Shown: piece after piece, positions 59,856 to 64,000 of the stretch
Position numbering within the stretch: position 1 is the stretch's first letter
Layout of the letters: each line of letters starts with the position of its first letter
Assembly: GCA_010909165.1 (NCBI GenBank)
Contig: VJWM01000063.1
Span: 744,001 to 808,000, forward strand
DNA length: 64,000 nt
DNA from: Anthoceros angustus
Lineage: Eukaryota > Plantae > Anthocerotophyta
Reading direction: 5' to 3'
Translations under genes and position numbers: made by a program
Notes under the pieces: generated by a model
Database searches by the model: none
Told to the model about the DNA's origin: nothing
What the model saw: only the letters and a program-made list of their open reading frames with translations

Positions 59856-62800
59856 CTTTTTCCAGTAAGTGATCACGCCGTCACGTCGCGGTCATTCAAA
59901 CCCCCATCACTAGCTTTCTTGTCCTTCGCCAATGCAGTAAAGGGCCGGGCCCGATGGCGGTGATGTCTGGGACAAAAGTCAAGAACTTCAGGCCATCTTG
60001 ATTCCCACAAGGGAAGTGGAGTGTTGCTTCTGGCAGAATAGCAGTGGTATGCCTTGTCCTGGTTCCAACACTGTTATACACGTCACTGGTGATTTTGGTC
60101 TTTGTCTTCAAATGAAAGGACATTGAATTTGAATTTAAGTCGACCCCTTGGTGTTCCCACTTCATACCTTTCACTATGTGTTATAATGGCCATACAAGTG
60201 GTCCAGTGATGCAGACGCTTGGAAAGCGTCCTTGGCGAGCAATTAGAAAGTAGTTAAACCCGAATTCTAGAATGCGTCTTATTGTTACGTCGCGATAATG
60301 GTTGTCATGGACCAGAAAAAAGCATCTAGGCTGGCAGTGCAGGTGGCCAAGAGGCTTGAAGGCCTCGATGCGATTGCTGACCAAAGCGGGGCCGAAATTA
60401 CACGTTCGGGTAAAGAGTTGTTGCTTGCATTAACGAGTTATGCTACTGAGGAATGATACAAATTGCTCGATATAACTACTTATCGGCATTTCTACGTCGA
60501 AGGTTTTACCATTCTTTAGTGGATCTCAATAAGGGGTTAACAACAATGTTATCGTGTTGAGCAGTTGTTGTTAGACTCGCTATTTGAAAGATGTTACATT
60601 GGATTCTCCTAAGTAGAATATAAAAAGTTGCGACCAGAGGATCAAATGTTTCTTGTTCTCTAGCATTTGGAGCTAAGGACGGACCCGGGGCTTTTGCTAT
60701 TATAAGAACATCTATATTGAAGTCTTGATTTCAACAAATTAGAGAGAGAGAGACATACGATTATCTTGGTGAGTGGCGGCTTGCACATGGCATATGTATT
60801 CCATTACAATTAGTGGTGGCGGAAGTATCACGGTATACGCATGAACAATGCGCTTTCAATTGACCACATAAACCTTGACCTCACAAAAGTTGAAGATGGG
60901 AAGGTTCCCGAGGTTGCCAATACTTCCTCATGAACTCTTCACGATCACTCACATAAGCCGAGTAATCAACTTCGGGGTGTATATCGTTGCAAACTCTTGC
61001 AAAGCGGATTTGATAGGCATAGCGAAGAAGGAAGAAAGGCTCACGAAGGTCCGCCTCTTCACGAAGCCTTCGGTTGGACAGGTGGCCCGATGGTGCAACC
61101 TGCCACCAGCAATGTAATTTCGTTCTGGATTGGGTACAGGCTCCACAACTGAAGTGGTGAGGAGGGTAGCACATAGTGCCCTCCTCTGTGACGAAAGAAG
61201 CTCACCTTGACGCACAGCTGACTGCGGTGATGTGGGGTTGCTTAGCCTGCTGATCATGCGACTCTCCACTTGCGTTGCCGGCTAGCGACGCCCTCATAAA
61301 ATTTCTTATTTGCTGGGGTGTGGAGGAATGTAAGGGCACCGGTCTGACTGCCGATGTTGGGTGCGAGATGAGGCCCGTTCTAGAAGCTGAGGAATCCGGC
61401 GCGGCTGCAGTCGGCCTGTCATTTATCCGCAGATGGCGCTGTCATGCGATATGCTCTTCTACCTCATTATCACGGTAGACAACCAGCGAGCTCGTTGCCA
61501 AAGAATGGAGGCTCAAGCGGCCTGACATTTTAGCATTTGCCCATTAGGCGATTAGTTCAGATAAAGTGAGTGCTATGCCAAGTTGATATATAGCTGCTCA
61601 CCTGATGCCAGCGAACGATCCATGGCTTTACCATCATTACTCCAGCGTATCCGTCATGAAGTCATCGGCCATTAAGCGGAGGCTACGGAACAGCTGGGAG
61701 ACACATAATTACGGCCCGGACATGTTATGGAAAACTCACAATGTTGACAAGTTTGTCAATGCCCTCCAAGATTTGAGATGTCCGAGTCAGCAGTTTCACC
61801 CGCGCGAAAATGCCACAAAGGCATGCCTAGCAATTTTTCAATACCACTTAGCCGGTAGCATCTCACGTAATCCCAGCTGCACAAGAGCTCAAAAATGGCT
61901 AATCACCGCCTTACAGTGATGATCCTATTGAATAGCGGGCATGTCCCTCACCTCAAGCGGTGTCCTCTATATCAATTCTGATCACCTTCGCCGGTCGATT
62001 GGAACTCGGGTATTTCTAGATGCCACTGGAAATCTGCACGAACCGGATGGTACTTCATGTTTGCGGCGAGGGAGACATCAAATCTGTTCCACACGCCATC
62101 TAGACCAGCTATGCGGCTTGACGGGTTGCGCGGTGCAAAGTGCCTGTAAATTCCGTGCCTCCTCGATGTCTCTTGAAATCTGCCAAAGCTGGAACCTCCT
62201 ACGCCTCGGCGAATATAGAGGAAAAAATCACAGGAGACGGTCACGCAAAGCGTAATTCGCAAATTGTTACGAGCGAGCAACCCGCGGCCAGCATCGCCAC
62301 CTTTGCCATCATTCACGAGATGTGAGGGCTGCTGTTGTGCGGGCACATGCGCAGATGCCCTGCGGTCTTTGCTCCAGCAAGCCGCGACTTCTTTGCCTGT
62401 TCAGTGCCCAGGAAAGGCTGTCACAAGCGCCTGTAACATCAAACACTTGCAGCCGATTCAGGCAGATCGCGCCCGGCAGGTACATACCTCACCTCCCTAC
62501 GATGCTACAGTGTCTCGCATGCTCAACCACAGGCCGGGCTGGAGTCAAGGCAGGAGCTCAACCCGCTCCCACCTCCTCCTTCCTTCCCCTCTGCGCCTAA
62601 GCACTTTGAACAAATGGTGGTGATTTTTAGGCGATGGGCGATCACCACCCACGATTGGGTGCAATGAAAGGCGGGTAGCACAGCAGTTTGAAGAGCGATC
62701 ATGCAAATCGGCCTCCCAGACTACACCGAGATCTCGGTTCTGCCCGCCTCGCGATTGCATCAACGCGATGGTGGTCTTGGGTCAAGCTCGAGTACCTGAC

Positions 62801-64000
62801 TCAGCCGGGATCATGACTTTGGGCTCCCTCCAAGGCATCACTAAGGGCGGAATCATCCTTCTCCCCGGCATCAAATGTAACTCTTAACACACGGTCATCT
62901 CCAAACGCCCCTTGCGGAGATTCCCTTAAACTCACCTGTAGTTTCAAACGGTCTCTTGCAAATTCAAACAAGCGTAGACCTCCAGCCAACACTCGCATCA
63001 AAGCTCGGGGCTCAACCTCGCCTTAATCACTAATCGTCGACAGCGTTGATGCTTCTGCCAAGCGTAGATATTCGGTGTCCGCTAATCCTATAAATCCGGC
63101 AGTGATAGGTGAAGTGTCTCGAACGTGGCATGCAGTTCTCACTCACAATGGCACCGGATTAAAACACGCTTGCAATCCATCCTCCCACCAAGTAAAAGCG
63201 GCCAGCACAACACGCGCACATGGAATGCTTCCACGCCGCCTTTAACTTTGGCGAAATTTTCCATACATACCGAGAAACCGAAACCGCCAGAAATCGTTTG
63301 GTACATCGTCTGCACTCTCCTTCCAAATCTCCCCACCTCCCCTTGGAGCATCCGAGAACCTATTAGGGGCTAACACAACACGGCACCTCTACACTCACAA
63401 GTGAATTCGGGAGGCGAATCTCCTCAACTATTGACCAGGAAACTCTCTTGTGGCGACGAAAGAAGGCGCAACTAAGAACCCAGAGCAAACTTAGAAGCGA
63501 TGACCGAGAGCGTTAATGTAAGAGCCCGGTAGCGCAAATGACCATGTGGCCCAACGAAGGAAGTAATCTGCTAAAACATGTTGGGCACTAGACGTGAGCA
63601 AAAACGTGATGCGGATGAAACGACGTGACGCGGGAGTGGGGCTAGAAGGGGCGTGGCAGCGACTGTTCTTGTTTAAGTAAGAGGAGGTGGATGGTTCTAA
63701 GCGTTTCGATTGGATACCCAGTGTGAAGCACTGATTCGTTAGGTTCGGCTTCACGGCTGGTTCTTTGGTTTGGAATGTTTAGGTTTGGTTAAAAGGCGGT
63801 GGCAGTGTGAATCATTTTGTAGGTAGGTTTGATGTAGACTTGAGTTAGGTCCGGGAATTTAAACTTAGTCAGTAGAGAGAGCTTGTCGGTAGCCAAAGAG
63901 AGAACCTAGGGTTTCTTTGTCTATATAAACCTCTTTTCCAGCGTCTTATGTCTTTTGGTTCATTGATTCATGCTTTCATGATTTTGCTCGTTTAGGTCTT

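Overview
Eukaryotic land-plant nuclear DNA: GC-rich exons, mostly 80-190 nt introns, a PLS-class PPR gene and plant-type GBSS/Ran/EBS genes. This suggests a compact-genome non-seed plant such as a hornwort or lycophyte, but the species cannot be determined from this window. 1-12 kb: an AT-rich tandem array of BAH-PHD (EBS/SHL-like) chromatin-reader genes (2 intact 4-exon copies, 2 remnants). Three units carry a decayed C-terminal fragment of organellar MutS homolog MSH1 directly upstream, on the opposite strand. This stretch also holds tRNA-Arg(ACG) and a foldback-like repeat. 12-44 kb is gene-rich: an orphan 5-exon gene, Ran GTPase, a kinase-less L-type lectin membrane protein, GBSS (13 exons), a HemD/UROS-like gene, a Tic32-like SDR, a PLS-E PPR, an LTR-like repeat and an intronless RD21-like papain-granulin protease. 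44-64 kb is gene-poor, with Copia, LTR-like and trihelix remnants. Four 1.5-2.1 kb head-to-tail duplications lie between 5.7 and 26.9 kb, each with a 3-6 bp microhomology junction and an indel-rich copy; they may be real or assembly artefacts. Gene models were built by eye from reading-frame phase and GT/GC-AG sites; no searches were run.
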